This document shows, piece after piece, positions 12,553 to 24,646 of a stretch of 64,000 bases of DNA. Positions within the stretch are counted from its first letter, which is position 1, and each line of letters starts with the position of its first letter. The position numbers and the translations under genes were made by a program. The DNA comes from Asterias rubens (taxonomy: Eukaryota): NCBI RefSeq assembly GCF_902459465.1, contig NC_047067.1:186001-250000 (forward strand), written 5' to 3'. The notes beneath the pieces were generated by a model that had not been told where the DNA came from, searched no databases, and saw only the letters and a program-made list of their open reading frames with translations.

Positions 12553-12664
12553 GTGTATACTATTGCACTTATCGTACGAAAAGCCATTTCGCCTCGGTCG
12601 GCAACATACTGCGCAACAGCACCTTCAAAAACGTAACTCAAATTGAAAGAAAATGTAGCCTATA

Positions 12665-12753
12665 TAGAAGAGTTTGCGGTAACACCATGTAATAATCTCT
12701 AAATGAGTTGGGGTGGTTCTGAAAAGAACCGTTGGTTTAACTCGACGTTTCGA
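12665..12753 (-). mobile_element. 5'-truncated Penelope-like terminal-repeat copy
   Basis: Same sequence as the arms of 16444-16933; flanked by the 10-bp direct repeat gtagcctata (12655-12664, 12754-12763). Confidence 0.6.
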
Positions 12754-12789
12754 GTAGCCTATAATTGTCCAGCATTGTTCTTACTTGCT

Positions 12790-12962
12790 TAAATTTGGAA
12801 TAGTTGTCTTTGGTCATTTGTAGTTTTCTTAAGCAGAGTTTGTTAATCTGTTTTTCTTATTTGGTCTATATGTTTTCTTAACTTGATATTTTTAACCTCT
12901 GAAGCGGGTTATGGGCGCTATATATGAAAGCCGTGTATTATTATACATTATTATTATTATAA
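12790..12962 (+). mobile_element. L2-type LINE 3' tail
   Basis: gggcgctatatatgaaagccgtgtattattat...(att)n, resembling the tails of the L2 fragments elsewhere in the window. Confidence 0.45.
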
Positions 12963-13527
12963 ACACAGTACATATCATTTGACAGAATCGTTTTTTCCTT
13001 TAATATAACGGCTTCAACCGGTACCCAGAATGCGCCACGGGCATTGTCCATCAAGCTTTTTGACTAGCTCACATGGAACTTGGCATTTGAGCAATTTTTT
13101 ACACAAGTTTTGGCAGAATACACAATGTATGTACTTGTATTAGTTTACAAGCCGGTACTGGAGGCTGGTCCCAGAAAAACCAATTTTAGGCAATTTCTCA
13201 CGTCTGGATCAGGGTCCGGGCGGGTGGTCATCACTTTAAACTTACCTGATGAGGTTCATACTGAGAGATGTAGCCGCTTAATATGATGGGTCGACGTTGG
13301 AGACAGATACAACTCTCGGCTATGACAATAATCTGATTGTGTAATATTTTGACTTCTGTTGAGCGAAGTGTACTTTGTGGATTCACACATGTACAAAATG
13401 TACATGATTGTACGCTACAGATTGGCAGCTCAATCAATTGAGTCTTGGGCAAACCTCTAAAGATTGTGCAACATTGGACAATACAGATTCTGTCCACGTG
13501 TGAGCCTGCTGTCCGGGGGTTCATATA

Positions 13528-14594
13528 AACAGCTCACAAAAAGTAAGGAAACTTTTTTCAATCCAGTATATTTGTTATTATTTAATACTCTCTTTGTATA
13601 TGGTATATATCATTGCAAAGCTGAACTGTTCCTCTTTAAAATTATACCACAATTGCAATGATTACATGTTGCTGGACTTCACCACGTTAATGAGAATGAG
13701 ACAAAGTCACAAATCAAATGTGCCAAAATTAGCAATACTATTGTGTTACTGTATGAACAATCAAATTGACACTGTAATTCAAACTTCCTGATCTTAATCC
13801 ACTTTATTGATACAAGAAATTTGGTACAGAGCAAGACAACTTACTGATCTTAATACACTCTATTGATACAAAAAGTTCAGTAACGAGTGGATGATCCGAA
13901 GGTGTTGATGACAGCCTGGCACCTTCTTATGCTGCACACAAGTCTTGTGATGCGCTGATGATGAGGGATGGCGTTCCATTCTCCATTAAGGATCCTGGAT
14001 GGGTCAGCCACAGTTGATGTGTTGGTGGTTCTGGTACGGACAGCGAGGCCAAGCTGGTCCCACAGATGTTCCATGGGATTCAGGTGTGGACTGTTAGCGG
14101 GCCAATCCATCCGGTGCACCCCAACATTTTTCAGGTAGTCAGTCACCAGTCGGGCTCGATGGGGGCGAGCGTTGGCATCTTGAAAGATGGCATTTGGTCC
14201 AAAGTCTGCAAGTATGGGACTGCATTCGGCTGTAGAATATCGTCTTGCAAATACCCATCAAACAAGGGGTTTTTCATGAGATGAGGGTAAATTATTGTGT
14301 CCAATGAGCTCACTTGTGCACATCATTGTGTAAACCATTAATGGTTCTGAAAAGCTTGATCGGTTTGATTGACCATACACAGACAACGGTAATTTTGGCA
14401 CATTTGATTTGTGACTTTGCCTCATTGTTATTCGTGTAGCCAAGTTCAGCAACATGTAATCATTGCAAATGTGGTACTATTTTAAAGAGGAACAGTTCAG
14501 CTTTGCATTGATATATACCATATACAAAGAGAGTATTAAATAATAACAAATATACTGGATTGAAAAAAAGTTTCCTTACTTTTTGTGAGCAGTT
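13528..14594 (-). mobile_element. Internally deleted Tc1 transposon with transposase C-terminal remnant
   Basis: ~250-bp TIRs (TA|aacagctcacaaaaagtaagg ... ccttactttttgtgagcagtt|TA); ORF 13877-14146 contains WPANSPHLNPMEHLWDQL and ends RRCQAVINTFGSSTRY, typical of the Tc1 DD34E C-terminus. Confidence 0.9.
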
Positions 14595-16405
14595 TATTTT
14601 CCAAATCGCGTGCAGCATAGCAGGTCGTATCACTATTATGGACAATGTATCCTACTTTGATGATTATACCACGTATCCAGTCATAGGACATCATATCATT
14701 GTTCTTTTTAATAGGCCTACATGCTTAATTACTGGATCTCATTCATACATGTATCTGCTGGAGGTAGATTATAAAAGCGAAAAACAATAATTCAACTATA
14801 TTGTTCATGTACATGTACATGTACATGTTTATTCCTTTTATAGGATTTGAGGCATTGCATGGTGAGGTATCAATATATATTTGGTTTGCGGTAACACCAT
14901 AATTGTGTGTATCTACCTACCAGAACAGATACACCATTTGTGTGTTTCTACTTACCAGGATAGAGTTTGTTCTTGGAGAACTTTTTTTTTTTCCCCACGG
15001 AGGAATTTGTTTTACTCACACTTAAGACCACTCCTCATAATTACAAACACGCTGAAAATACGTATGATTAACAGCAACAAAAAATAAACGATGTTTACGA
15101 GAATACAAAATACGATGTTAACCTTGAACCAATAGTTTGAAAGAGACCCATTTTTGTGAAAATTAACAGTGGAATCATTGGTGATGGAGATGTATTTATC
15201 CAAATATAATAAAGCTTTAAATCCAGTTTTAATAGTGCAAGGGAGGGTCTATTTTCACTCATTCTCATTTTATAGATATGGAAACGACACAAAAGAAGAA
15301 TCAGATTTAGAGCACTCCAATATTTTTTCCTAGAGAACTTTCCTGCTTTATTCTACTGCCTCGGAGGTTCGGGACACTTCTCAGTTCTTAAAAGAACTGT
15401 CCTGCTTTTTTTACTCCTATTGTTAACAATTTACTGCCGCAATCAAGGAAACTTCCGAACATCTAAATTTAGTTTACAACACGTAGTGTCTGGTGCAAGT
15501 GCACAGATCAACAAAACTCATGATTATTGTAGTGACAACTTTCATATTTTAAGTGTCATATAAAAGAGCAAAAAAGAGCTGTTAACGCAAAGTAAACATT
15601 TACGCAAATGGTGGAAACAAAAGCAATAAATAATGTACATGTATAAATGTACAACGTGGTAATATTTCACTGGTAAAGAGAGTTGGCACTGAGCTCCAGG
15701 CAGTCTCATTGAATGATAATATGACAATCCCGCACAGCATAATTGGTCATAATGGCTCTAGCTCTATAACTAACCATGTAAAGGAAAGCTTTACAGAGTT
15801 AAAGAGCAGATACCAAGTAGAGGGAGAACAAGTAGGCTCTATGTTGTGTTAGACATGGGTGGGGAAACAGTCTCAAAGCCAGCCTCTAAATAAATTTATT
15901 ACAGAATTGACACCATTGCAAAGGGCAGCAAGAACAAACATGCAAGACAAGACAATTTCATCTTATCATTACCATTCCACATAACATTACACAATACATG
16001 TACGTGTACTGTATATTTTAAGCCCTAACAAAACTAATCAACATTTTTATGTACTTTTTACGAATGTACAATGTACAGAATACATAATTTTGTATTTAGA
16101 AATGTTCATATTTAACGATGCACCTAAAGGTAGATAATATACAATATTATTACATAACAAGTCTGTCCAATATAGTTCCTCACCATGGCCGGTGCACGTA
16201 CAGTCAAGAGTACAGTGGACGGGACAGGTTTATTGCAAAACCAATGTTTCGTCGATCGACTGGCGGTATTCACGTTGTCCCTTGTTAGTATATTTTGTCC
16301 CATTATTCGTTTTAAGATTTTAAAGATTTCTTTGAAACATTAGTTCATTGTTGGGAAGGGTACACTAAACCAACGATTTCGTTACATTATGGGATTGTGG
16401 TTTAA

Positions 16406-17281
16406 ATGCAGTGGTCACTATTAGTAGTTACTCAAAATAATTAAGTAGGATTTGAAACTTTGCATGGTGGAAGTAAGATATAGAAAAGTTTGCGGTAACA
16501 CCATGTAATAACAATCTCTAAATGAGTTGGGGTGGTTCTGAAAAGAACCGTTGGATTAACTCGACGCTTCGATCAGTATGCTCTGATCGTCTTCTGGAGA
16601 ATGCTGGACTCTGATGCTGCATGCTGCTTAAGTACTGGGCGGCGGATCAGCGGTGATGCATGAAGGCGGGAAATAGAGGCGGGAAGTGATATCGATGATG
16701 CGTGGTGAAACCTGTTGTGGAGACTTGGGTGGTGTGTGGGGGGGGGGGGGGGGGTGTGCTCACTGAACCGTGTCAGTAGGAACAAGCATGCAGCATCAGA
16801 GTCCAGCATTCTCCAGAAGACGATCAGAGCATACTGATCGAAACGTCGAGTTAATCCAACGGTTCTTTTCAGAACCACCCCAACTCATTTAAAGATTGTT
16901 ATTACATGGTGTTACCGCAATCTTTTCTATATCAAAATAATTATTAGCATAAAACCTTTTTGGGTGACGAGTAATGGGGAGATGTTGAGGGTGTAAAACA
17001 TTGTGAGAAACGGATCCCTCTTAACTGCCATATATAGTTTTCGAGAAAGAAGTAATTTTCCATGAATTTGATTTCGAGACCTCAGTTTAGGAATTTGAGG
17101 TCTCGAAATCAACCATCTAAACGCACACAACTTCGTGTGACAAGGGTGTTTTTTTCTTTCATTATTATCTCGCAAGTTCGATGACCCATTGAGCTCAAAT
17201 TTTCACAGGTTTGTTATTTAATGCATATGTTGAGATACACAAACTGTGAAGGCTAGTCTTTGACAATTACCAATAGTGTCC
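16406..17281. mobile_element. Kolobok-type TTAA MITE, family 1, interrupted by the insertion at 16444-16933
   Basis: ttaa|atgcagtggtcactattagtagttactcaaaataatta [insert] aaaataattattagcataaaacc...caatagtgtcca. Confidence 0.85.
16444..16933. mobile_element. Head-to-head inverted pair of Penelope-like terminal repeats with a hammerhead-ribozyme-like motif
   Basis: ~145-bp inverted arms (16477-16625 and 16786-16933); 10-bp duplication aaaataatta at 16434-16443 and 16934-16943; motif CAGAAGA-C-GATCAG agcata CTGATC-GAAAC at 16814-16844. Confidence 0.55.
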
Positions 17282-17753
17282 AACAACGCGAGGCGTGCAA
17301 ATGCAATTTACGAATATTGAAGTCTTATATAGCGCACCTATTTTCCAAACAACCTTCAGAAAGATAGGTTATTGAGGTGATGAATTCCGAGAACCAATGT
17401 ATGTAGCACCTGAAAAGGGTTTACATGTACAAGGTGCTAGGGTGCATATAGCAGCTATATTCACAAATGGAAGGACGTGACGCACTTGTTACAAGTCACC
17501 TTTCACCTAACTGCATCTTGCCTTTTAATTTATCTTACTTACATCCTACAATAAAATACACATAATGTTGTTATAATATGCAGTGGTTACATGAATATCA
17601 GTGTGTTTAGATAAGCAGAATGGGTGGAGTTTTACGGGTTAGAAGTCTCTAGAATGAAAGTTTTATATCCAAAGCTAAAGCTTAAGTACAAGTTCAAATG
17701 AATCGATGAGAAATTGCTGTCACTTAAATAATTTTGGCACAATTCACATGCAC

Positions 17754-20502
17754 TCAAACACCATTCACATTGTTCTTCAATGCGTTCAGTGCAATCTCTT
17801 GTTTCAGTTTGGTCTCTTGAAGCAATCGAACTTTTTCCTGAGCAGTCATGTGCTGGAAATTTGAACCGTCATGTGTTCGGATATGATTAGTGGAAGGCTC
17901 ATGTTTGGATACATTTAGGTCGTATCTCTTAGAACCCTTGCCTGAAAAGCGAATCTTCTTTGTCTTTGAGACACTGCTTTGACATTCTGCTGGTAAGTAC
18001 TGTTGGCTTCTATCTGTCTGGGTCAAGTCAACGTCGCTATCTACACTGAAACCATAACTAGCCCCGCTAACGGATCGATTGCTGTTTTTCTCGTGCTTTA
18101 TTGCAATCGTTGGCTTTTTCAAAGTCGTGCCTCGATGTTTTACCTTCTTGTCTGTGTACACAAATGAGGCTCTGTCGTTTTCCAATGTATTCTTGGAGCT
18201 CGATTGACTTCGGTCTTCTTTTAAAGGTTCAATCATTTGACTGTCAATTAGCATACATTCCTCAGTGTACGAGTGTAATGCATCCATGGATCCTGCATTT
18301 ACACTGTCTTGTTTTGATGTAGATGACAGGTTCACAATTTTATCGAGTATTAGACAAGGAATCCTGCCATCGATAACAACATCTGTGCTGTTCAAACGGC
18401 GGACGAATTTCACATTGTCAAGTCCAAGATTGTTCGTGACGGTAACTTCTCCAGCTGGGATTGAGCCGGTGGGCGGCATTCCTATTTGTGAAGTACGCAG
18501 TGCGTGAGTTACTTCAACGGAGGTATACGGCAGTGTTTGGGTAGGCATTTGCTCCATAATTACTACATCGACTCTGGAAATATCACTTGCGTTTTGATTG
18601 CTCACTCGTTCAATGTCATTCCTACTGTCAACAATAGACGTGCCCGGAGGTGTAACTGGAGTTGAAAATACGCTTCGGTTTTTAGTTGTCGCCATTGCTA
18701 CAGTCTCTGTAGTGGAAGTGGCGAATATTTTATTCGATTTGCCGGATTCCTTATGCGTTGGTGAAGGTCTATTATACCAGGCATGGGGTGCAACATGTAC
18801 ATGTACAGGTACTCCGATTGGTGAAGCTGACTCAACAGGTTGTAAGTCGTTCTCACGCTGGACTTTTACATGGTCAAGAATTTCTCTAACAGTTAAACCA
18901 CTATTGTTCAGTTTCCTGTTTAAAAAACGAGCACTAGTTTTGTACTTTGTGGTTTTATTTAAGACAGTTTTGATAACAGGTTTTGGAAAGCTTTCCTTTG
19001 GCAGTTTGGAGAAAACCTCTTTAGAAAATAACCGCCTTGACCCATGTAAGAAAGCTTGTTGGTCCATCTCCTGTGGAGATTGCATCGGGCATGTCGTCCT
19101 GTAAGAACTTTGCTTATCTGGCTCAGTACGATTTCCAGTAGGATTTTTCTCATTTGTTTGTCCCTTTGGTTGGACACCGGCCATATTCTGTTTACGTTGC
19201 ATGTTGGAAGTTGGTGATGTAGGTTTTTGTATGGTTTGTACTATTGGAACATTCTGTCTAGCAGTTTCACGCGAAGACCCGGTAGGCTTATGTCTGACTA
19301 GACCCTTGGCAGTTGCCGAATGATGGTAAGTGGTATCCTGTTCTAATGGCGGTTTTATAGGAGATCCACGTCTCCTCGGTCTAGGTCTACGTTTCTGTCG
19401 AACGGGTTCATCTGTTTTCTTGCTTAAAGGAGCAGCCTCAACAGGCCGCGTAGTAAGTTGGCTCTTGCATGAAACCCTTTGTCGATCTGGGTGGGTGGCT
19501 TTTAATAGGGCATCGGTTATTCGCTTTGGTAAGTTTTCGTCTGGTGAGGAACATTCACCCAGTGAAAACACAGAGCCGATTTGTGGTAGAACCATTTCAT
19601 TGGGTGCATCACTCATCTCATTGGTAGATCCGTGGGCAGGTGGTGTTGTAACATCGTGATATTCGGCAAGAGTTAGAGTCGGCCCTTTCTGATGTTCTTT
19701 CAACTTTGAGTTATAATACGTCCTGTACAGTGATGTAGAGGCCGCTTTCACATTGGCTTGTATTGACACTGGTGACGTTGATCTTGGCACGTGAACTTGG
19801 AGCAATGACCCAGTTATTTTGGGAGGAGGAAATATCGGCCTTTGTACTGTTTTCGGATTAAGCAAGCTGGAATCTATCGGCAAAGTTGTCAACCCTTCAT
19901 TCTGCGATAAGTCTAGTGTATCAATACTCTTTGTTTGTAAGCCATCTCCTAGTACAGGTTCCCGTGGAGTGGATACAGACTCCTTCAGACGTCTCAACTT
20001 ATCTGAGATTGAGCCAGATGATATATCAGGCGGTTTTGAAAACAACATCGGCATATTTCCATTTTGATGCAAAACATCGCCTGGTTGCTTTTCGTTACGT
20101 ATGATGAAGACAACATCCTCCATGTCCTGATTCTTTCTCTCAGGCGCACCCACAAACGGCACATTCAATGCTGGCACCCACGCGGCGTCCGAAATGTCCG
20201 GATATGGTATCCCATTAGTCTGGAGCTCTTGTGGTTTTTGAGGGTCCCTGTGGATCGACAAATAAGGGACTCCAATAATGTTTCCAGATGCATTATAAGC
20301 AAGAAGATCATGAGGGACTCGTTTGTTTCCAGTGCTGTCTGTTTGCGAAGCTGGTGATGCACATACCATCTGGACGACTGTTGATGATAAAGGCAGAGAC
20401 CTGGTCTCGTCAGGTGATAACGGACAGAATGCCGTAAAGTAGGACGAACCAACATTCCAGAAAAGACGCTTACAGAGGCATAAAAAATCACTTTTCTTTG
20501 GG
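17754..20502 (-). CDS. Large, probably terminal coding exon of an uncharacterised Ser/Thr/Pro/Lys-rich protein (>=915 aa in this exon)
   Basis: 871-aa ORF from Met 20369; the frame stays open a further 44 codons to a strong acceptor ttattttgctttcctcaacag| (exon start 20502). A 2.7-kb open frame is very unlikely by chance in this AT-rich DNA. No domain recognised. Confidence 0.85.
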
Positions 20503-20791
20503 CTGTTGAGGAAAGCAAAATAACAATGTTTGCATTAAAACAACTCTACCATGTTGTTGAACAAAATAAAACTAAGTCAGTAATTGTTTTGATGTATAAT
20601 TGATTATCGTGTGAAGTGAACATTGTTACACACAATAACACATTGTGTACACTCTAAAAATACATGAAATCAAGGGATAAGAGCAGTACATGTATACCGT
20701 ATGGCCAAATTAAATTCCCAGTGTCTCAAGTTGTTTTGACAAACTTTCAAGCACATTTAGATAATGTTTCAGTAGGGAACGGATATAAAAC

Positions 20792-20913
20792 CTTGGAAGA
20801 GGAACAGCAAACAGTGCAATCTTGTCCTCCGGATTGGTTTGTGATCCATTACTTCTGGCACTCCAGGCTTGTGGTTGATTCTGCATTGCAATACCTTGTT
20901 TAGCAGTTTTATT
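20792..20913 (-). CDS. Candidate upstream exon of the large-exon gene
   Basis: Acceptor ttttgtacattcgccaacag|, 122 nt open (NKTAKQGIAMQNQPQAWSARSNGSQTNPEDKIALFAVPLP); a phase-2 end would join the 20502 acceptor in frame, but the donor AG|gtttta is weak. Confidence 0.3.
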
Positions 20914-21164
20914 CTGTTGGCGAATGTACAAAAACGTAAAATGTAAACAACTGTGACAATACGCTTCGTAGTGAAAAGTTTTGTTCAATTCTTTTTGGTG
21001 CGTATTGTGTTCATGGACGTATCTTGCATCAAACTTAAGAGAAACAACTGATAGTGTGACGTTGTACAAATTGTTCGGCCTGTCTGACAAACGACCAAGT
21101 AATGCCAATTGATTTAGTAAATTTGTGTCAAGTAAGTACTACATTTTTGATAGATAGATAGATA

Positions 21165-22687
21165 AACTGCGCCAATAAAGTATCTAAACACTTACAAATG
21201 GTCAGATAATATCGGAACCTGAAACAGTATGCCAAAAATAATTATTCATTTCGAGTCACCGTTAATTTCTGCACATTTTGACACATCTTGTGTTGCGCTA
21301 CGATGTTGTTTGGTGGATTTACGGGCACTTGAGTGGCTTAAGGTCGAATTTCAAAAGTTGCAAAAGCCCCTATTCAAGCTAAATCGTTGTATTGTGACGA
21401 GTAAGATCGGCGTTTCTTTTGCTCGCCTTTTATAAATGATGTTTTTTTGGTCGCGTTTTGGATAAATCGGTTGTGATGAACATACTCACCAATAATTGTC
21501 AGTAACCAAGCAAAGGGGTCAAAGATGGGAGGCATACAACAATGGTAAGACAGGGAAAGGTGTTTCAAGATAACAGGAAATATGGCTCAAACGACCAAAC
21601 AGGAAAGAGGACGGATCGTTGGTTTGATAGAAGCCGGTACGTCGATGCGAGGTAAAAACGTCACCAGCGACGGTCAGTAAATGGTGGAATCGCTACCAAG
21701 CTCAGGGAAATGTGGACGACCTGCCAAGGAGTGGCCGTCCGAGGGTGACTTCTGCAGCAGAACAAAGTGAACAAGTCCATAAAGCCTGACACCACTCTCG
21801 AGGGGTTTGCGACGCATCCTGATCAGGAAATGGCAGGGGATTGACCAGGGACAGATCAGAGGTCTCATTGAGAGTATGAGAAGACGACTCCTTGCCGTTC
21901 AGGACAGTGATGGAGGACACACCAAGAATGGAGGACAGGATAACAGCAGTTTTAGAGTTAAAGATACGGCAATTAATTTCATGGTCATGTAAACGAAACG
22001 AGTTTGGGTCTTTTGTCTTGATTTTGTCTGAGTGTGATGCTTATGTGAGTTCCCTTTTGGAATTGGGGTGAATAGGGGCTTTTGCAACTTTTGAAACTCG
22101 ACCTTAAGCCACTCAAGTGTCCATAAATCCACCAAACAACATCGTAGCGCAACACAAGATGTGTCAAAACGTGCAGAAATTAACGGTGAATAGTATACAC
22201 ATAATGAATGTTTATGAATGCAATGGTGCAAATATGTTCATGAGTTGAAAGATGGAATGTTCTATTCAACGAGACGGAGCCGAGTTGAATGGAACATTCC
22301 AGCTTTCAACGAATGAACATATTCGCACCATTGCACGAATGAAAAACATTCATTATTTGTTTTATATAACATCCAAGTAGATCTTTGTCATTTTGATTGA
22401 AAGATACAACTTTCAAAACAAACAAAGCGTAGGCCTCCATCCGAAAAGTACCATTGCACGCTGGCAGCGTGCAATGGTACTTTTCGGATGGAACGAAAAA
22501 GCACGGTGAGTGACTCAGCGTGCAATGGTACTTTTATTTGCTATCACGTGACGGACAATCCTCCAATCAAATGGCAAGGATCTGCTCGGGTGTTATATAA
22601 AAACGAACAATTAAATTTGTGTATACTATTTCAGGTTCCGATAAATCTGACCATTTGTAAGTGTTTAGATACTTTATTGGCGCAGTT
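21165..22687 (+). mobile_element. Internally deleted Tc1 transposon; right TIR interrupted by a foldback element
   Basis: TA|aactgcgccaataaagtatctaaacac ... gtgtttagatactttattggcgcagtt|TA; remnants MAQTTKQERGRIVGLIEAG, TVSKWWNRYQAQGNVDDLPRSGRPRVTS (paired-like HTH/GRPR) and LIESMRRRLLAVQDSDGGHTK (C-terminus). Confidence 0.9.
22190..22600 (-). mobile_element. Unclassified foldback element, copy 2 (reverse; lacks ~115 bp of the middle)
   Basis: Reverse complement of 12040-12552; sits inside the Tc1 right TIR with no visible target duplication. Confidence 0.8.
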
Positions 22688-23747
22688 TAGTTTATTTTCT
22701 TTTAGATTCGTGGACAACGGTCAAATTACAGTAAACATTACACTTTATACAAAAATGGTGTACAGCTAGATTATAAAAAATATATATCTCCATTGGAGGC
22801 TGTAATAAAATATACAAAGAAACACAAAAACCCACATCAAAACACACAATCTTTTATACAAAGATTGTTAATTGCCTGATGTTTATGATGGCACTTGGGA
22901 CGAAACGTCAGGCCACTAACTAACTGTTGCACTAAAACCATATGTCTCTTTGGTTGTTAAGCAGTTTTCAATAGCTTTTTAACATTGTGCATTCTTCATA
23001 CATAAACCATTAGCCCAGGTGCCAAGTGGCGTGTTTCAAGCAGCTCTATGCAGCTGTATTGTAAGGTAAATTACCCTCACTAAGCTCACCATAGCAACCT
23101 ATTGGCGCAAAATACAAATGAAGGTTATTGCCATTCTTGGTTAACTGCAAAGCGCACCGCTCAGTAACATTAAGCTTGATCATTGCACGTCAGTATTAGA
23201 GCAAGCAGCAGAGCGATGTGCGTTCCGAAGGTCACTTGCCAGGTCAAGTACACAACAAATACAATCTAAACTATTACTTCTATTGATACATCAATAATTG
23301 AGTCAATTCCCCTACTATACGTAACACTACCAAGAATGTTTCACTTTTTTGATAAAAAAGACAATGAAACATTCTTGGTTCAATGTGTAAGTATTCTAAA
23401 TGGATATGTTCAATAAAATAACGAATTATGGACGCGTTTAAAAATAGGCAAGCAGCTGGGTTTTGGGGGTGTTTTTTTTGTATAATGTGGGGTGTGTACA
23501 CGTAAACTAAGTGGTAATTTTATGCGTTCAAACAGATGCACTACTCGTTTGAAATTTACGGAGCTCTAAAAGAATCACAGATAGTTTACAGTAGGATGGT
23601 ATGTAAACACATCAACAAAAGTAAGCTCCCCCCCCCCCCTCAACAATTCGTCATAACATCGTCAGGTAAAACATTGTACCAAAACAACTAATTATGAAAT
23701 AATTCTATGACACGTTTCCTAAGTGTTGTTAAAAAATCTTTAGCCAT

Positions 23748-24646
23748 GGATAAGTTAGTCAATACAAAATGCCGTTCCGCCTCGTTTGCTCTACACAAGA
23801 TCGGACAAATTCGCCAGCTCATAAATAAAACTACAGCAGAAAAGCTCATCCATGCTTCGGTAATTACTCAAAATAGTTATTGGCATAGAACCTTACATGG
23901 TTATGAGTAATAGGGAGAGGTTGATGGTATAAAACATTGTGAGAAACGGCTCCCTCTGAAGTGACTAGTTTTCGAGAAAGAAGTTATTTTCCACGAATTT
24001 GATTTCGTGACCTCAGATTTAGAACTTGAGGTCTCAAAATCAACCTTCTAAATGCCGTAACTTCGTGTGACGAGGGTGTTTTTTTCTTTCATTATTATCT
24101 CGCAATTTCGATGAACGATTGAGCTCAAATTTTCACAGGTTTGTTATTTTATGCATATGTTGAGATACACCAAGAGAAAAGAATGGTCTTTGACAATTAC
24201 CAATAGTGTCCACTGCCTTTAAGAAAACGCGATTCAATTACTCCATTGGCTTCCTATTCATTCTCGCATCATCTTCAAAATTCTCCTTCAAACATTTCAA
24301 TGCAGTCGCGGAACTGGACCAACTTACCTGAAAGATCTACTAACTCCATACACTCCTACTAGAAACCTCCGTTCTGCTAACAAAGACACCCTCGTTATTC
24401 CTACAGTTACCAACAAAGCATATGGTCAACGTAGTTATCAGTTTGCTGCTCCTCACTTATGGAACAATCTCCCTCTACACATCAAACAAGCTACCACGAT
24501 CTCAAGTTTCAAGACTCTTCTCAAAACATATCTATTCAAATCTTCATATACTTAATTATTCTTTTGTTTTCCGCTGAGCGCTTAGAGACTTTCTTTTGGA
24601 GGTGTTAGGCGCTATAGAAATACGGTTATTATTATTATTATTATTA
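23748..24646 (+). mobile_element. L2-clade LINE 3' fragment (interrupted by a MITE)
   Basis: DKLVNTKCRSASFALHKIGQIRQLINKTTAEKLIHA, then LHWLPIHSRIIFKILL...RNLRSANK...YGQRSYQFAAPHLWNNLPLHIK...SFKTLLKTYLF*, ending in (att)n. Confidence 0.9.
23859..24218. mobile_element. Kolobok-type MITE, family 1 (left end missing)
   Basis: Family-1 sequence ending ccaatagtgtccactgcct|ttaa. Confidence 0.85.

Noticed and set aside
13245-13280. CTGATGAG as a hammerhead core
   Set aside because: No downstream stem II or GAAA; it is better read as the reverse of an exon end with a gtaagt donor.
18101-20357. Plus-strand and alternate-frame ORFs overlapping the 871-aa ORF (e.g. 18598-19104)
   Set aside because: These are shadow ORFs of a long coding sequence.
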